Assembly: GCA_963807825.1 (NCBI GenBank)
Contig: CAWEDC010000015.1
Location: 195,585-259,584, forward strand
Length of the DNA: 64,000 nucleotides
Direction of reading: 5' to 3'
Origin: an uncultured Actinomycetota bacterium
GTDB taxonomy: Bacteria; Actinomycetota; Actinomycetes; Actinomycetales; Dermatophilaceae
Below are positions 37,144 to 49,197 of the stretch, piece by piece (position 1 is the stretch's first letter; every line of letters starts with the position of its first letter). Below the pieces are notes generated by a model. That model saw nothing but the letters and a program-made list of their open reading frames with translations. It searched no databases and had not been told where the DNA came from. Made by a program: the position numbers and the translations under genes.

Positions 37144-38307
37144 GTGAAGGTGCGCGCGCTCCTGGTCGGAGTCCTCGTGGGATCGGGACTCCTCGTCAGC
37201 GCGTGCACCAGCCACACCACCGAGCCCACACGCACCACAGGCACCACGAGCCACTTGGACCTTTCGTGGCAACGGGTCGAGCTTCCAGCAGGGCTGACCG
37301 CTGTGACCCTTGCCACCGACGACAGCAACGTGCTCATCGGCGCCTTCAGCACGCAGCGCCCGAGCCCCCGGATCCTCGTGGGGACCGGTCCCACGTCACT
37401 GAGAGAGGTACCGCTCACTCCGCGCTCCCCCTACGCCTTCCAAGCCCGCTGGTTCCAGATCGCCACCCACGGCGACCGAATCGACGCCGTGGGGGGTGCG
37501 CAGGGCGGAGCCCACGGCAACTACCGCTGGTCGACCTGGACCGGCAACAGCGAGCGAGTCACCGAGCAGGAGCAAGGCTTCTTGGTCTTCGGCGGCTACG
37601 GTTCGGGCGACCTCACGGGAGTGGGGTATGCCGGCGACTCACCAGTCATTCTGGGCGCCTGGCAGAGCGGCCAGACTGGCTTGGACATCGCCACCTGGGT
37701 CCGCACGGACGACCGGTGGACACGGCTCCCGTCCACGGGAACACCGCTGGCCAGCACACCATCGGAGCTCGTCGCCGCAAACACCATCACGTCAGGTGGC
37801 GACGGACTCGTCCTTTCGGGGTCGGTCACCCATCTCGACCCGGGCTCCGTCACGGTGGAGCCAGCCCTGTGGACCTCCCCCGACGCGGACGGCCCATGGA
37901 CCCGGGTGGGACTTCCCTACGAGATACCGGCGAAGGGCAGCACCCTCGCCGAGGCGCACGCCGCCACCTGCTCTCCGCACCAGTGCCTCATCTCGGGCGC
38001 GGTCGGCGGGCGCTTCACCTTCTGGGAGGTGCGCGGCCGCACCACGACGAATACACCCGGCATACCCGACATCGAGGTGACCGAGAACGCGTCGGTCCTC
38101 GCACCGATCAGTCTCGAAGGGAAGGACCTCTTCGTCGTGCCGTCAAAGGACGGCACCACGCTGCTCCAGCGCTCCGGTGAGAAGTGGTCCGTCACGAACG
38201 GGCCCCAGGGCACACCCATCTCAGCCGTTCTGCTTGGCGACGAGATCTGGGTCGTCACGACGGACCCCCAAGGCACGGGCACACTGTGGCGGTCGCGCGT
38301 AGCCTGA
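37144..38307 (+). CDS. Hypothetical lipoprotein, possibly beta-propeller
   Basis: Hydrophobic leader with LVSAC lipobox; repeated WTSPD/W-x-R Asp-box-like segments. Confidence 0.65.
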   Translation: MKVRALLVGVLVGSGLLVSACTSHTTEPTRTTGTTSHLDLSWQRVELPAGLTAVTLATDDSNVLIGAFSTQRPSPRILVGTGPTSLREVPLTPRSPYAFQARWFQIATHGDRIDAVGGAQGGAHGNYRWSTWTGNSERVTEQEQGFLVFGGYGSGDLTGVGYAGDSPVILGAWQSGQTGLDIATWVRTDDRWTRLPSTGTPLASTPSELVAANTITSGGDGLVLSGSVTHLDPGSVTVEPALWTSPDADGPWTRVGLPYEIPAKGSTLAEAHAATCSPHQCLISGAVGGRFTFWEVRGRTTTNTPGIPDIEVTENASVLAPISLEGKDLFVVPSKDGTTLLQRSGEKWSVTNGPQGTPISAVLLGDEIWVVTTDPQGTGTLWRSRVA

Positions 38308-38311
38308 CGTC

Positions 38312-38996
38312 GTGACCGATCTCCTTGCCGCCATTGATGATCACACCGCCCGGCTGGTCTCCGACGCCCGTGGCGCCGACGACCTCGCGGCGCCCAGCCT
38401 GTGCGAGGGGTGGAGTCGCGACCACGTCCTCAACCACCTCGCGCGCAACGCCGAGGCCCTGAGCCGACTCGTGGCTTCGGCCGTCGACGGGACCGGCGAG
38501 ACGATGTACGCCTCACCGGAGCAACGAGACCTCGACATCGACGCCGGCGTCGGCCGACCGCCCGAGGTCGTCGTCTCGGAGGTCGAGGAGACCGCGAAGC
38601 CCCTCAGCGCCGACCTGGCCCGTCTGACGGATGAGCACCGGGACATCGTCCTGGAACGGACTCCCGGTGGACCCACCTTCAAGGGCGGGATGCTCACATT
38701 CATGCGACTGCGCGAGGTCATCTACCACCACGTCGATCTCGACCTCGGATTCGGTTTCGACGACCTCGAAGGCGACCTCCAGGTCCTCTTCATCGACAAC
38801 GAAGCTCAAGCGCCAGGACGGCGCGCCCGCCGTCCCCTCCGTCACGATCCGGAGCGACGAGGGCGATGTCTGGAGCATCGGCGGTGGCGACGCCGACGTC
38901 GTCGGTTCGCGCGGCGGCATACTCCGCTGGTTGGCCCGCCAGGACCCGTCCGGTGTCCGCAGCGACGCCCTCCCCGACCTCACGGCCGGGTTGTGA
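38312..38996 (+). CDS. Mycothiol-dependent maleylpyruvate isomerase (MDMPI) family, frameshift near 38805
   Basis: APSLCEGWSRDHVLNHLARNA, RLREVIYHHVDL; typical uvrA neighbour. Confidence 0.85.
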
Positions 38997-38998
38997 CG

Positions 38999-39668
38999 AT
39001 GAGCGACTACACCGGCGACGTCTCGCCCGGCGGCCCCACTGACACTCGCGAACTCGAGCACCTCGTCATCCGCAAGGTCGCGGTGTCGGAGATGTCGAAC
39101 AACGCCTACCTCCTCACCTGTCGCGCCACCGGCGAGCAGCTCCTCGTCGACGCTGCCGACGACCCGGCGCGGCTCACTGCTCTGATCCGCGAGGGCACCG
39201 GCAGCCTCGAACACCTCGTGACGACGCACCAGCACTGGGACCACGTGCGCGCCCTGCCCGACCTCGTCGACGCCTTCCACCCGCGCACCTACGCCGGTCG
39301 CCGACGACGCCGACGCCCTGCCCGTCCGTCCCGATGTCCGTCTCGCACAGGGCGACCGGATCACCGTCGGGCAGTGCGATCTCGACGTCATCCACCTGCG
39401 CGGTCACACTCCGGGCTCGGTGGCGCTGGCCTACGCCGACCCAGCGGGACACACGCACCTCTTCACCGGCGACTCGCTCTTCCCCGGTGGCGTCGGGGCG
39501 ACCACCCGCTACGAGTACCAGAGCTTCGACAGCCTCATCGAGGACGTCTCCACCCGACTCTTCGACGTCTACGACGACGACACCTGGGTCTACCCGGGCC
39601 ACGGCGGCGACACCACTCTCGGCGCCGAGCGACCGCATCTCACGGAGTGGCGCGAACGCGGCTGGTGA
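38999..39668 (+). CDS. MBL-fold metallo-hydrolase, frameshift near 39300
   Basis: THQHWDH, GHTPGS, FTGDSLFPGG, YPGHG. Confidence 0.88.
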
Positions 39669-39691
39669 GTCGCGCGACCTAGCCTGACGAA

Positions 39692-40565
39692 GTGCGTCGT
39701 CTCGAGAGTGTGCCCGCCCCGCTCCTCGTCCTTGCCGGCATCATCTCGGTGCAGTTCGGTGGGGCCCTCGCCGCCACGCTCGTGCCCGAGATCGGCGCCG
39801 GCGGTTCGGTGGTCATGCGACTGCTCTTCGCGACCGTCATCCTCGCTCGCGATCGTCCGGCCGCGGTGGCGGGGGCACTCGCGTCGCGCGTGGCTGACCG
39901 TCATCGGCTTCGGCCTCGCGCTGGGGCTGATGAACTTCACGTTCTACGGGTCGCTCGCCCACCTGCCCATCGGCGTCGCCGTGACGATCGAGTTCCTCGG
40001 GCCGCTGCTCCTCGCGGCGGTCATGTCACGGCGGCTGGTCGACCTCTTGGCCGTGGCCGCTGCGGCCGGCGGCGTGCTCCTCATCTCGCAGGCGCTGTCG
40101 GTGCCGTTCGCCGAACTCAACCTGACCGGGCTGGGACTGGCAGCGGCAGCGGGAGCCTTCTGGGCGGCATACATCATCTTCAGCGGGCGGACCGGAGCCG
40201 AGTTCGAGAAGCTCGAAGGACTCGCCCTCGCGATGGTCGTCGCAAGTGTCGTCACCCTGCCGCTCGGGATCGCGTCGGTCCCGGACTGGAATGGCGGGCT
40301 CATCGCCAAGGGCCTCGGGATCGCGGTGCTGTCCTCGGTGCTGCCCTACTCCCTCGAGCTCGTCGCGCTGCGCCGCCTCAGCGCCAAGGCATTCGGGATC
40401 CTGCTCAGCCTCGAGCCGGCCGCGGCCGCCCTCGCCGGACTGCTCATCCTCAGCCAACGACTGGGCGGGCTGCAGCTCGTCGGGATGACCCTCGTCGTCC
40501 TCGCCTCGGCCATCGTCCTCGGCCTGGGGACGCGCAAGGACCCCGCCGAGTCGACGGGGTCCTAG
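39692..40565 (+). CDS. EamA/RhtA-type exporter, frameshift near 39845
   Basis: SVQFGGALA, LPIGVAVTIEFLGP, PYSLELVALRRL, SLEPA. Confidence 0.85.
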
Positions 40566-40599
40566 ACGTTTTCAAGCGGCGTATGCCGTGTGCGCAGGC

Positions 40600-41653
40600 T
40601 CAGGCGTTGATCTCCGCCTTCTCGTCGCGCTTGGTCTTCCAGAGGCTGGCCACCGTCGTGACTCCGAGGATGACGACGATCGCGCCGAGCGAGACGGCAA
40701 TCGGGATCTCCGGGACACCGATGTGCTCGCCACCGTTGATGAACGGCAGCTCGTTCTCGTGGAGCGCGTGCAGGATCAGCTTGACGCCGATGAAGGCCAG
40801 CAGCACCGACAGGCCCAGGCTGAGGTAGACGAGCTTCTGCAGCAGGCCACCCAGCAGGAAGTACAGCTGGCGCAGACCCATCAGGGCGAAGAGGTTGGCC
40901 GTGAGGACGAGGTACGGCTCCTTGGTGAGGCCGTAGATCGCCGGGATCGAGTCGAGCGCGAAGAGCAGGTCGGTCGTGCCCAGCGCCAGGACGACGATGA
41001 ACAGCGGCGTGACGACGCGCTTCGCGTTCTCCTTGGTGAAGAGCTTGCTGCTCCACTCCTTGGTCGAGGGCAGCGTCTTCTCGACCCACTTCATGAAGCG
41101 GTTCTCTTCGTACTCCTCGTCGTCGCTCTCACCCTCCGTCGCGAGCTTGATCGCGGTGTAGATGAGGAACGCGCCGAAGATGTAGAAGACCCACGAGAAG
41201 TTGTTGATCGCGGCCGCGCCCAGCCAGATGAAGATGCCGCGCAGCACGATCGCGATGATGATGCCCCACATGAGGGCGGTCTGCTGGAACTTCTCGGGCA
41301 CCGCGAACTTCGCCATGATCAGCAGGAAGATGAAGAGGTTGTCGACCGACAAGCGAGTACTCGGTCAGCCACCCGGCATAGAACTCACCGGCCAGCTGGC
41401 TGCCGTGGCTCACCCAGACCCAGACGCCGAAGAGGATTGCCGCGCCGACGTAGAACGACAGCGCGACGACCAGCTCTTTCGTGGCGGGGCGATGCGGGTT
41501 GCGCGCGATCATGACCACGTCGAAGAGCAGGACGGCGACGGCGATGCCGATGGTGAGGAGCCACTGCCAGGTGGCGACGTTCATGGACGGTGTCGCCGCA
41601 GTGAGGGTGCTGAGGGAATGCAACGCGGACAACCTTTCGAGGGTTGGGGACAT
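40600..41653 (-). CDS. TerC/Alx family membrane protein (metal homeostasis), frameshift near 41352
   Basis: EYSL/SVDNLF, DLLFALDSIPAI, ANLFALMGLRQLYF; start codon uncertain. Confidence 0.9.
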
Positions 41654-41657
41654 GGCC

Positions 41658-41757
41658 CGGAGGTCTCTCCCGCCCCTGAAGGCTGGACCGGCTCCCCGGG
41701 CTCGCGCTGAGGCGAGCCGTGATGACGAGGAAACCGCGCTGGGGATACTCCCCTCCG
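41658..41757 (-). ncRNA. yybP-ykoY manganese riboswitch
   Basis: Minus strand cggaGGGGAGTA...CGTCATCACGG...CCGG...GAGACCtccg with closing P1, directly upstream of terC. Confidence 0.85.
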
Positions 41758-41758
41758 C

Positions 41759-41804
41759 TCCGCCGATTCTCGCACGAACAAGTTCGTTGCGAGAATTCGG
41801 CGGA
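41759..41804. repeat. Long imperfect hairpin (REP-like)
   Basis: tccgccga-ttctcgca-cgaac / gttcg-tgcgagaa-tcggcgga: 21 bp with two single bulges. Confidence 0.7.
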
Positions 41805-41954
41805 CCGGAGTGGGCCCGCCCTCCGCTCAAGGCTTCGCCGTGAGCTGAATCCTGACCACCGAAGTGGGGTCCGATCCACCACCGCCTTACGGCTCCGCAA
41901 GTGAGGTGACACCGCTTACGGTGCGGTCGGCAGTGGGCGGCATACGGTGCATCG

Positions 41955-42800
41955 GTGCCTACCCGACGCTCTGTGATCGCCGCGCTAGCGGTGCTCCCCG
42001 CTCGCGGCGTGTGAGGCCTCTGCGCCCGATTCGACCAGCGATGGAGATGAACCGATGCGGATCACCTATGGCGACGACGAGAGCCAGTTCGGCGAGCTGA
42101 CCAAGCCTGCAGGGCGCAAGCAAGGGGTCGTCGTGGTCATCCACGGCGGCTTCTGGAAGTCGGCGTACGACCTCGACCTGGGCCGTCCGCTCGCCCGATC
42201 CCTGGCCGAGCACGGCTGGACGGCCTGGAACATCGAGTACCGCCGAGTCGGGAACGGCGGCGGCACTCCCGCCACGTTCGACGACGTCCACGCGGCCATC
42301 GACAAGCTCGCCGACATCGACGGGCGTGGACACCACCACGACGCTCACCCTCGGTCACTCCGCCGGCGGACACCTCGCGGTGTGGGCGGCGGGTCGGCAG
42401 CACCAGCAGCAGTGGAGCGGCGCCAAGGTCCAGATCAACGGGGCGCTCTCGCAGGCCGGAGTCCTCGACCTGCGGGCAGCGCACGACGACGACCTCGGCG
42501 GCGGCGCGGTCGAGGCGTTCCTCGGCCACGCACCCACTGACGCGGACATCGCCTACGACCCGCAGCAGCAGATCCCGCTCGCTGTCCCGGTGCGCTGCAT
42601 CCACGGCGGCAGCGGACGAGAACGTGCCGCCGAGCCAGTCGACGGACTACGTCGCCGCTGCCACCAAGGCGGGCGCGGACGCGTCAGTCGTCGAGATCGA
42701 GGGTGACCACTTCGTCGTCATCGACGTGGACTCGAGCGCCTGGACGCGTCAGCTGGAGCTGCTGGACGAACTCAAGGCCGCCGCGCCTCAGGCGGCCGCT
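41955..42800 (+). CDS. Alpha/beta hydrolase, probably a Tat lipoprotein; several frameshifts, 3' end approximate
   Basis: MPTRRSVIAALAV..LAAC leader, HGGFW, EYRRVG, GHSAGG nucleophile motif. Confidence 0.78.
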
Positions 42801-43137
42801 GACTCTTCGGCAGCTTGGCGACGACGAGCTCGTAGGACGTGTCGATCGCCTCGCGCAGCGCGTCGTCCGGGATCGCGCCACCGATCGCCAGGGTGTTCCA
42901 GCCGTGCCGCCCGATGTACGGCGACACACTCGCGTCGTCCGGGAACTCGGCGATCCACTCGTCGGCCTCGGCCCGGGACCCGAGCTTGACGCCCACGCGC
43001 GCACCGTCGGGTCCGCCGCTGCCGAGGAAGGCGAAGATCTTGTCGCCGACCTTGGCGACGTTGTCGCCCTCCCACGGCTGGTCGGCCCACGCACCGGGCT
43101 TGCCCAACGCGTAGGCGCTCACCTCGTCGGGGGTCAT
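42772..43137 (-). CDS. MmcQ/YjbR family DNA-binding protein
   Basis: KPGAWADQPW..KVGDKIFAF, YIGRHGWN, SYELVVAKLPK. Confidence 0.85.
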   Translation of the reverse strand: MTPDEVSAYALGKPGAWADQPWEGDNVAKVGDKIFAFLGSGGPDGARVGVKLGSRAEADEWIAEFPDDASVSPYIGRHGWNTLAIGGAIPDDALREAIDTSYELVVAKLPKSQRPPEARRP

Positions 43138-43169
43138 GCGCTCGCCCGCGCCCCAGCGCCACGTCAGGC

Positions 43170-45285
43170 TCACTTCGTCGCCTCGCTCATCTGGCGGAGC
43201 TCCTTCTTGAGGTCGCCGACCTCGTCGCGCAGTCGGGCGGCGAGCTCGAAGTGGAGGTCGGCCGCGGCCTTGTGCATCTGCGTCGTGAGCTCCTGGATGA
43301 GGTTGGCCAGGTCCCCGGCGGCGATGTTCTCGAGCCGTCCCGCACCAACCGTCATCGCGTCAGCAGCCAGCGCCCCACGACCACCGCGTCCGCCGTCGCT
43401 CTTGCCACGCGACCGGGCACGACCGGACCCCAGCAGCTCCTCGGTGTCGGCGTCCTCACGCTCGAGCATGTCGGTGATGTCGGCGATCCTCTTGCGCAGC
43501 GGCTGCGGGTCGACACCGCGTTCGAGGTTGTAGGCGACCTGCTTCTCGCGCCGTCGGCTCGTCTCGTCGACGGCCTGCTGCATCGAGGGGGTCACCTTGT
43601 CGGCATACATGTGGACCTGGCCGGACACGTTTCGGGCGGCGCGACCGATGGTCTGGATGAGCGAGCGCGCCGACCGCAGGAAGCCCTCCTTGTCGGCGTC
43701 GAGGATCGACACCAGCGAGACCTCGGGCAGGTCGAGACCCTCACGCAGCAGGTTGATGCCGACGAGGACGTCGTACTCCCCCAGCCGCAGTTCACGCAGC
43801 AGCTCGACGCGGCGCAACGTGTCGATGTCGGAGTGCAGGTAGCGAACCCGAACGCCCTTGTCCAACAGGTAGTCGGTGAGGTCCTCGGCCATCTTCTTGG
43901 TCAGCGTCGTGACGAGCACCCGCTCGTTCTTGCGCGGCTCGCAGGTTGATCTCGTGCAGGAGGTCGTCGATCTGGCCCTTGGTCGGCTTGAGCACGATCT
44001 CGGGGTCGATGAGGCCGGTCGGGCGGATGATCTGCTCGACGATGCCGTCGGCCTGCGCCGTCTCGTAGTTGCCGGGCGTCGCCGAGAGGTAGACCGTCTG
44101 ACCGATGCGCTCGAGGAACTCCTCCCACTTGAGCGGCCGGTTGTCCATCGCCGACGGCAGCCGGAAGCCGTGGTCGACGAGGGTGCGCTTGCGCGAGGCG
44201 TCGCCTTCGTACATCGCACCGATCTGCGGCACCGTCACGTGCGACTCGTCGAGCACGAGGAGGAAGTCCTCCGGGAAGTAGTCGAGCAGACAGTTCGGCG
44301 CGGTCCCGGCGGTGCGACCGTCGAGGTGCATCGAGTAGTTCTCGATCCCCGAGCACGACCCGACCTGACGCATCATCTCGATGTCGTAGGTGGTGCGCAT
44401 GCGCAGCCGCTGGGCCTCGAGCAGCTTGCCCTGGCTCTCGAACGTCTTGAGCTGCTCCTCGAGCTCGTGCTCGATCCCCGCGATCGCGCGTTCCATGCGC
44501 TCCGGTCCGGCGATGTAGTGCGAGGCGGGGAAGACGTACATCTCCTGCTCGTCGCGCACGATCTCGCCGGTGAGCGGGTGCAGCGTGTAGATCTTGTCGA
44601 CCTCGTCGCCGAAGAACTCGATGCGCACGGCGAGCTCTTCGTACATCGGGATGATCTCGACCGTGTCGCCGCGCACCCGGAACGTCCCGCGGGTGAACGC
44701 CAGGTCGTTGCGCGTGTACTGCATCTGCACGAACCGACGCAGCAGGTCGTCACGGTCGAGCTCGTCACCGACCCGCAGCTGCACCATCTTGTCGACGTAC
44801 TCCTGCGGCGTCCCGAGACCGTAGATGCACGACACGGAGGCGACGACGATGACGTCGCGCCGAGTGAGCAGCGAGTTCGTCGCCGAGTGCCGCAGCCGCT
44901 CGACCTCGTCGTTGATGGACGAGTCCTTCTCGATGTAGGTGTCGGTCTGCGGGACGTAGGCCTCGGGCTGGAAGTAGTCGTAGTAGCTCACGAAGTACTC
45001 AACCGCGTTGTTGGGCAGCAGCTCCCGGAACTCGTTGGCGAGCTGGGCCGCGAGCGTCTTGTTGGGCGCCATGACCAACGTCGGCCGCTGCACCTGCTCG
45101 ACGAGCCACGCCGTCGTCGCCGACTTGCCCGTGCCGGTGGCGCCGAGCAGGACGACGTTCTGCTGCCCGGCGTTGATCCGCTCGGTCAGGTCCTTGATCG
45201 CGGCGGGCTGGTCGCCGGCCGGCTCGAAGTCGGACACGACCTGGAACGGTGCGACGGTGCGCTTCAAGTCAGTGGTGGGACGCAT
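43170..45285 (-). CDS. uvrB: Excinuclease ABC subunit B, frameshift near 43940
   Basis: [40 protein letters not shown]. Confidence 0.96.
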
Positions 45286-45291
45286 ACCGAC

Positions 45292-45313
45292 ACGGTATGC
45301 CGTGCCACTGACA
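45292..45313 (-). promoter_or_regulatory. RecA-NDp/PafBC-type promoter of uvrB
   Basis: TGTCAGTG-N8-TACCGT, then 6 nt to ATG. Confidence 0.8.
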
Positions 45314-45400
45314 GTCGTGTCTGCCGTCGCAGACGACCATCGCGTATGCCGTGTGCCCACCTACCGCACACGACGTCACCTCGTGCGCGACGATGGACCC

Positions 45401-46454
45401 GTGACCACGACGCTGCCCTCCCCCCGCACCCCCGACCCGCGCACCGCCCCCGACCCTTCGGTGGGGAGTCCTCGGACCCGGCTACATCGCCCGAGAGAGC
45501 GTCACGGCCCTGCGCGCCGAGACCGACCAGGTGATCCAGGCGGTCGCCTCACGCGACCTGACCCGAGCGCAGGCCTTCGCGGACGAGTTCGGTGCGCACA
45601 CGGCATACGGGTCCTATGAAGAGCTGGTCAACGACCCCGACGTCGACATCGTCTACATCGCCACCCCGCACTCCGAGCACCACACCCAGGCGCTGCTCGC
45701 GCTCAACGCCGGCAAGCACGTCCTCGTCGAGAAGGCGTTCGCACGCAACGCCGCCGAGGCGCGCGACATCCTCGACACCGCGAAGGCCAAGGGGCTGCTC
45801 GCGATGGAGGCCATGTGGACGCGCTTCCTGCCCGGGCATCGACGTCGTGCGGCAGTGCCTCGAGAACGGTCTGCTCGGTGAGGTCGAGAACGTCTTCGCC
45901 GACCACGGCCAGCCGCTCTACCCGGGCGGCCCGCAGCGCCTGTCCGACCCCGCCCTCGCCGGCGGCGCCCTCCTCGACCTCGGCATCTACCCGACGTCGT
46001 TCGCGAGCTTCGCGCTCGGTGGCATCGACACGGTCTCGGCGACCGGTCGCCTCACCGACGAGGGCGTCGACGCGGAGGAGACCATCCTCGTCACCGGCAC
46101 CGACGGGCGGCCGCGGCCTCCTGCACGCCACGATGACGTCGCGCACGCCGACCACGGCGAGCATCAACGGCACGGCCGGTCGACTCGAGCTCGGCGACCC
46201 GGACGACCCCTACGAACCGTTGGTACGCCCCCTCACGGGTCCGGTTCGTCTCCCGCGACGCCGCAGACCGACATCTCGTGGGAGCCGCGAGAGCCGCGAC
46301 GCACGGCCTGCACTTCGAGTTCTGCGAGGCCGCCCGCTGCGTCGACGCCGGCCTCACCGAGAGCCCGCTCCTGCCCGCCGCCGAGACGCTGCGGATCATG
46401 GAGGTCCTCGACGAGGTCCGTGCCCAGGTGGGAGTCCGCTACCCGGGCGAGTGA
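45401..46454 (+). CDS. Gfo/Idh/MocA oxidoreductase, multiple frameshifts
   Basis: VYIATPHSEH, GKHVLVEKAF, EAMWTRF, GGALLDLGIY. Confidence 0.85.
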
Positions 46455-47610
46455 CCCGTCACGCGCTCGTGGACGGAGTCGAACCAGGGCTCCTTGGCGT
46501 CGGCGTAGTCGTCGGTCGAGAGCCCCTGCGCGAGCAGGTCCATCTTGAGCGCGGCGTACTCCTCACGCGCCTCCGGCGTCGGCGCGCAGCCAGTCGCGGA
46601 AGTCCAGCGCCCAGCGGTAGCCCGGTCCGTCGACCTCGCGCACGTGGACGTGGACGACGCGGCCGGGATCGGCGCTGCCGTGGAACCGCTTGGGCCACTC
46701 GGTGCCGTCCTTGCCGTTGTCCCCGGTGCTGTCGGGCACACGCGGAAAACCGCTGCGCCCCAACGCTTCCACGAACTCCGGCGCGTCGGCATCGGCGAGT
46801 GAGCGCACCCCGACCTGCAGGTCGATGACGTCCTTGGCGACGAGGCCGGGGACCGCCGTCGAGCCGATGTGGTCGACGGTGACCGCTCGCTCCCCCAGCG
46901 CCCGCTCGATCCGAGCGATGAGTCGCGCGGCCTCGGCCGGCCAGTCGTCGTTCGGCTCGCTGAGCGTGAGTGCGTCGGGACGACGAGCGCGTATGCCGTG
47001 AATCAGGTTCTCGTTGAACGGTTCCAGCCGCTCGGCCCAGAGTCTGCGCACCTCGACCTCGAGGTGGTCGCGGGTGCCGTTGTTGTCGAGCCAGACGTCG
47101 GCCGCCGCACGCCGGGCGTCGTCGTCGGCCTGGGCGTCGATGCGGGACTGAGCGTCCTCGGCGGTCATGCCACGATCCCGCACGAGGCGGTCGAGCCGAC
47201 GCTCCTCCTCGGTCACGCCCACGACGATGACGAGGTGGTAGTCGGCGCCCATGTGCTTCTCGACGATGAGCGGCATGTCGTGGACGACGACGGTCGTCCG
47301 CGGGCACCGCGCTCATGAGCTCGGCCGTGCGCTTCCAGATCGCCGGGTGGGTGATGCCTTCGAGGTCGGCCAGAGCGCTCGGGTCGGTGAAGACGACCCG
47401 CCCCAGCGCCGGCCGGTCCAGCCCGCCGTCGGAGCCGAACACAGCGTCACCGAAGCGTTCACGGATGGCGGTGAGGGCCGGCATACCCGGTTCGACGACC
47501 TCGCGGGCCACCGCGTCCGCGTCGACGACGACCGCACCCAGGTCCGCAAGGAGCGTGGCGACCGTCGACTTGCCCGACCCGATGCCCCCGGTGAGACCAA
47601 CTCGCAACAT
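46439..47610 (-). CDS. coaE: Dephospho-CoA kinase with C-terminal GrpB/UPF0157 domain, frameshifted
   Basis: GLTGGIGSGKST, DHIGSTAVPGLVAKDVIDLQ, FRDWLR. Confidence 0.92.
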
Positions 47611-47649
47611 GGGGCCAAACGTACCCGGCAGCGTCGTAGGGTCGGGCTC

Positions 47650-48473
47650 ATGACCTCGGCCCTGGAAGCGGGCCTCCTGGCAATGGGGCTCGCGATCATC
47701 GTTCTCGTGTGGTGGGTGCGCCGTCTCCGGACCGCGGTCTGCGCACGAGCACCCGCGAGATCGCCCGACTGCACGACCTCGCCCTGAGGCGGGCCGACCA
47801 GGTGTCCGTCCTCAGCCACGAGGTGCGCACCCCCCTGGCCCTCATCAAGGGTTCGGCGGACCTCCTGGCCGAGCAGACCCCGGGCCCGCTGACCACGACC
47901 CAGGCCAAGTTCGTCGACACGATCTCCGGCAGCGCAGAGCACGTCATTGCCCTCGCGGAGGACCTGCTCGCCCACGCCCGCATCGAGGCCGGGCTCTTCG
48001 AGGTGCACCTGCGTCAGGTGGAGCTGCGGGCCTACCTGCGGTCGGTCGTGCGCGAACTCCGGCAGGTGCACCACCACCGCGCCATCGCCCTCGATGCACC
48101 CGGCCCACCCACGCGGGTCTACCTCGACCCGCAGCTCATCCAACAGCTCGTGAGCAACCTCGTCGGCAACGCCCTGCGACACGACGACCCTCGCCGGCCA
48201 ACGCGGTCGTCGTCCGAGGCCTCACCGCCGACGGCAACGTCATCATCGCCATCAGCGACCAGGGGCGTGGGATGAGCGAGGACGAACGCTCGCGCCTCTT
48301 CGCCCGGTTCTCGAGCAGCGCACCCGTCGGCGAGGGCACCGGCCTCGGCCTCTACATCTCCGTCCCACATCGCCGAGCTCCACGGTGGTCGGATCCTCGT
48401 CGACACCATCGCCCAGCACGGCACGACGATGCTCGTGACCTTCCCGGCGGGCGAGGACAAGGTGGAGGCATGA
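47650..48473 (+). CDS. Small sensor histidine kinase with one TM helix, frameshifted
   Basis: SHEVRTPL H-box, NLVGNA N-box, DQGRG, GTGLGL. Confidence 0.85.
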
Positions 48474-49197
48474 ACACCGACCTGTGGCGCGCCCTCGTCG
48501 TCGAGGACGAACCCGCGATGCGCGACATCATCACCTTCGCGCTCGAGACCCAGGACTTCACGACCCTCACCGCGGGGACGCGCCGAGGAGGCGTGGACGA
48601 TCATCAGCGAGCAGCAGGTCGACCTCGTCGTCCTCGACGTCATGCTGCCCGGGATGTCCGGCATCGAGCTCTGCCGCCGCATCACGTCGACCAGGCCGGT
48701 GCCCGTCATCCTCCTCACCGCCCTGGGCGAGACCTCGCAACGCATCGCCGGGCCTCGAGGCCGGCGCGTCCGACTACGTCACCAAGCCGTTCCACCCCGC
48801 GAACTGGCCCTGCGGGCAGCCGGGCTCGTCCGGCGCTCACCGCTCAGCCGCGGCGCGCTCGCCCAGGCCGGACCGGTGACCCTCGACCTGCGGGCGGCCA
48901 CGGCATACGTCACGGGCAAGCGGGTGGACCTGACGCTCGCACGAATACCGTTTGCTGGCAGCGCTGGTCACGCATCCCGACGAGGACCTGCCGTTCCGCC
49001 AGCTGCTCCTGCTCGGATGGGGTGACGCGCAACCGCTGGGTGGGCGCGAGCTCCTCAAGACCGCGGTCTACCGGCTGCGACTCAAGCTCGAGTCGATCGA
49101 CCCCGTGGCCAAGGGCTGCATCCAGAGTGTGCGTGGCGTGGGCTACCGCTACGTGCAGCCGAGTTCCGACGCCGGCGACTCGGTCACAGGAACGTGA
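48470..49197 (+). CDS. OmpR-family response regulator, frameshifted
   Basis: VVEDE, LDVMLPGMSG, DYVTKPF, RLRLKLE, SVRGVGY. Confidence 0.87.

Noticed and set aside
41842-41880. GCTGAATCC...GGGG resembling a c-di-AMP (ydaO) riboswitch on the plus strand
   Set aside because: Lacks the GGGGAACC and CCCGTCAGCTAAC elements.
46439-47610. CoaE-GrpB fusion as a novelty
   Set aside because: Known architecture in actinobacteria, including mycobacteria.
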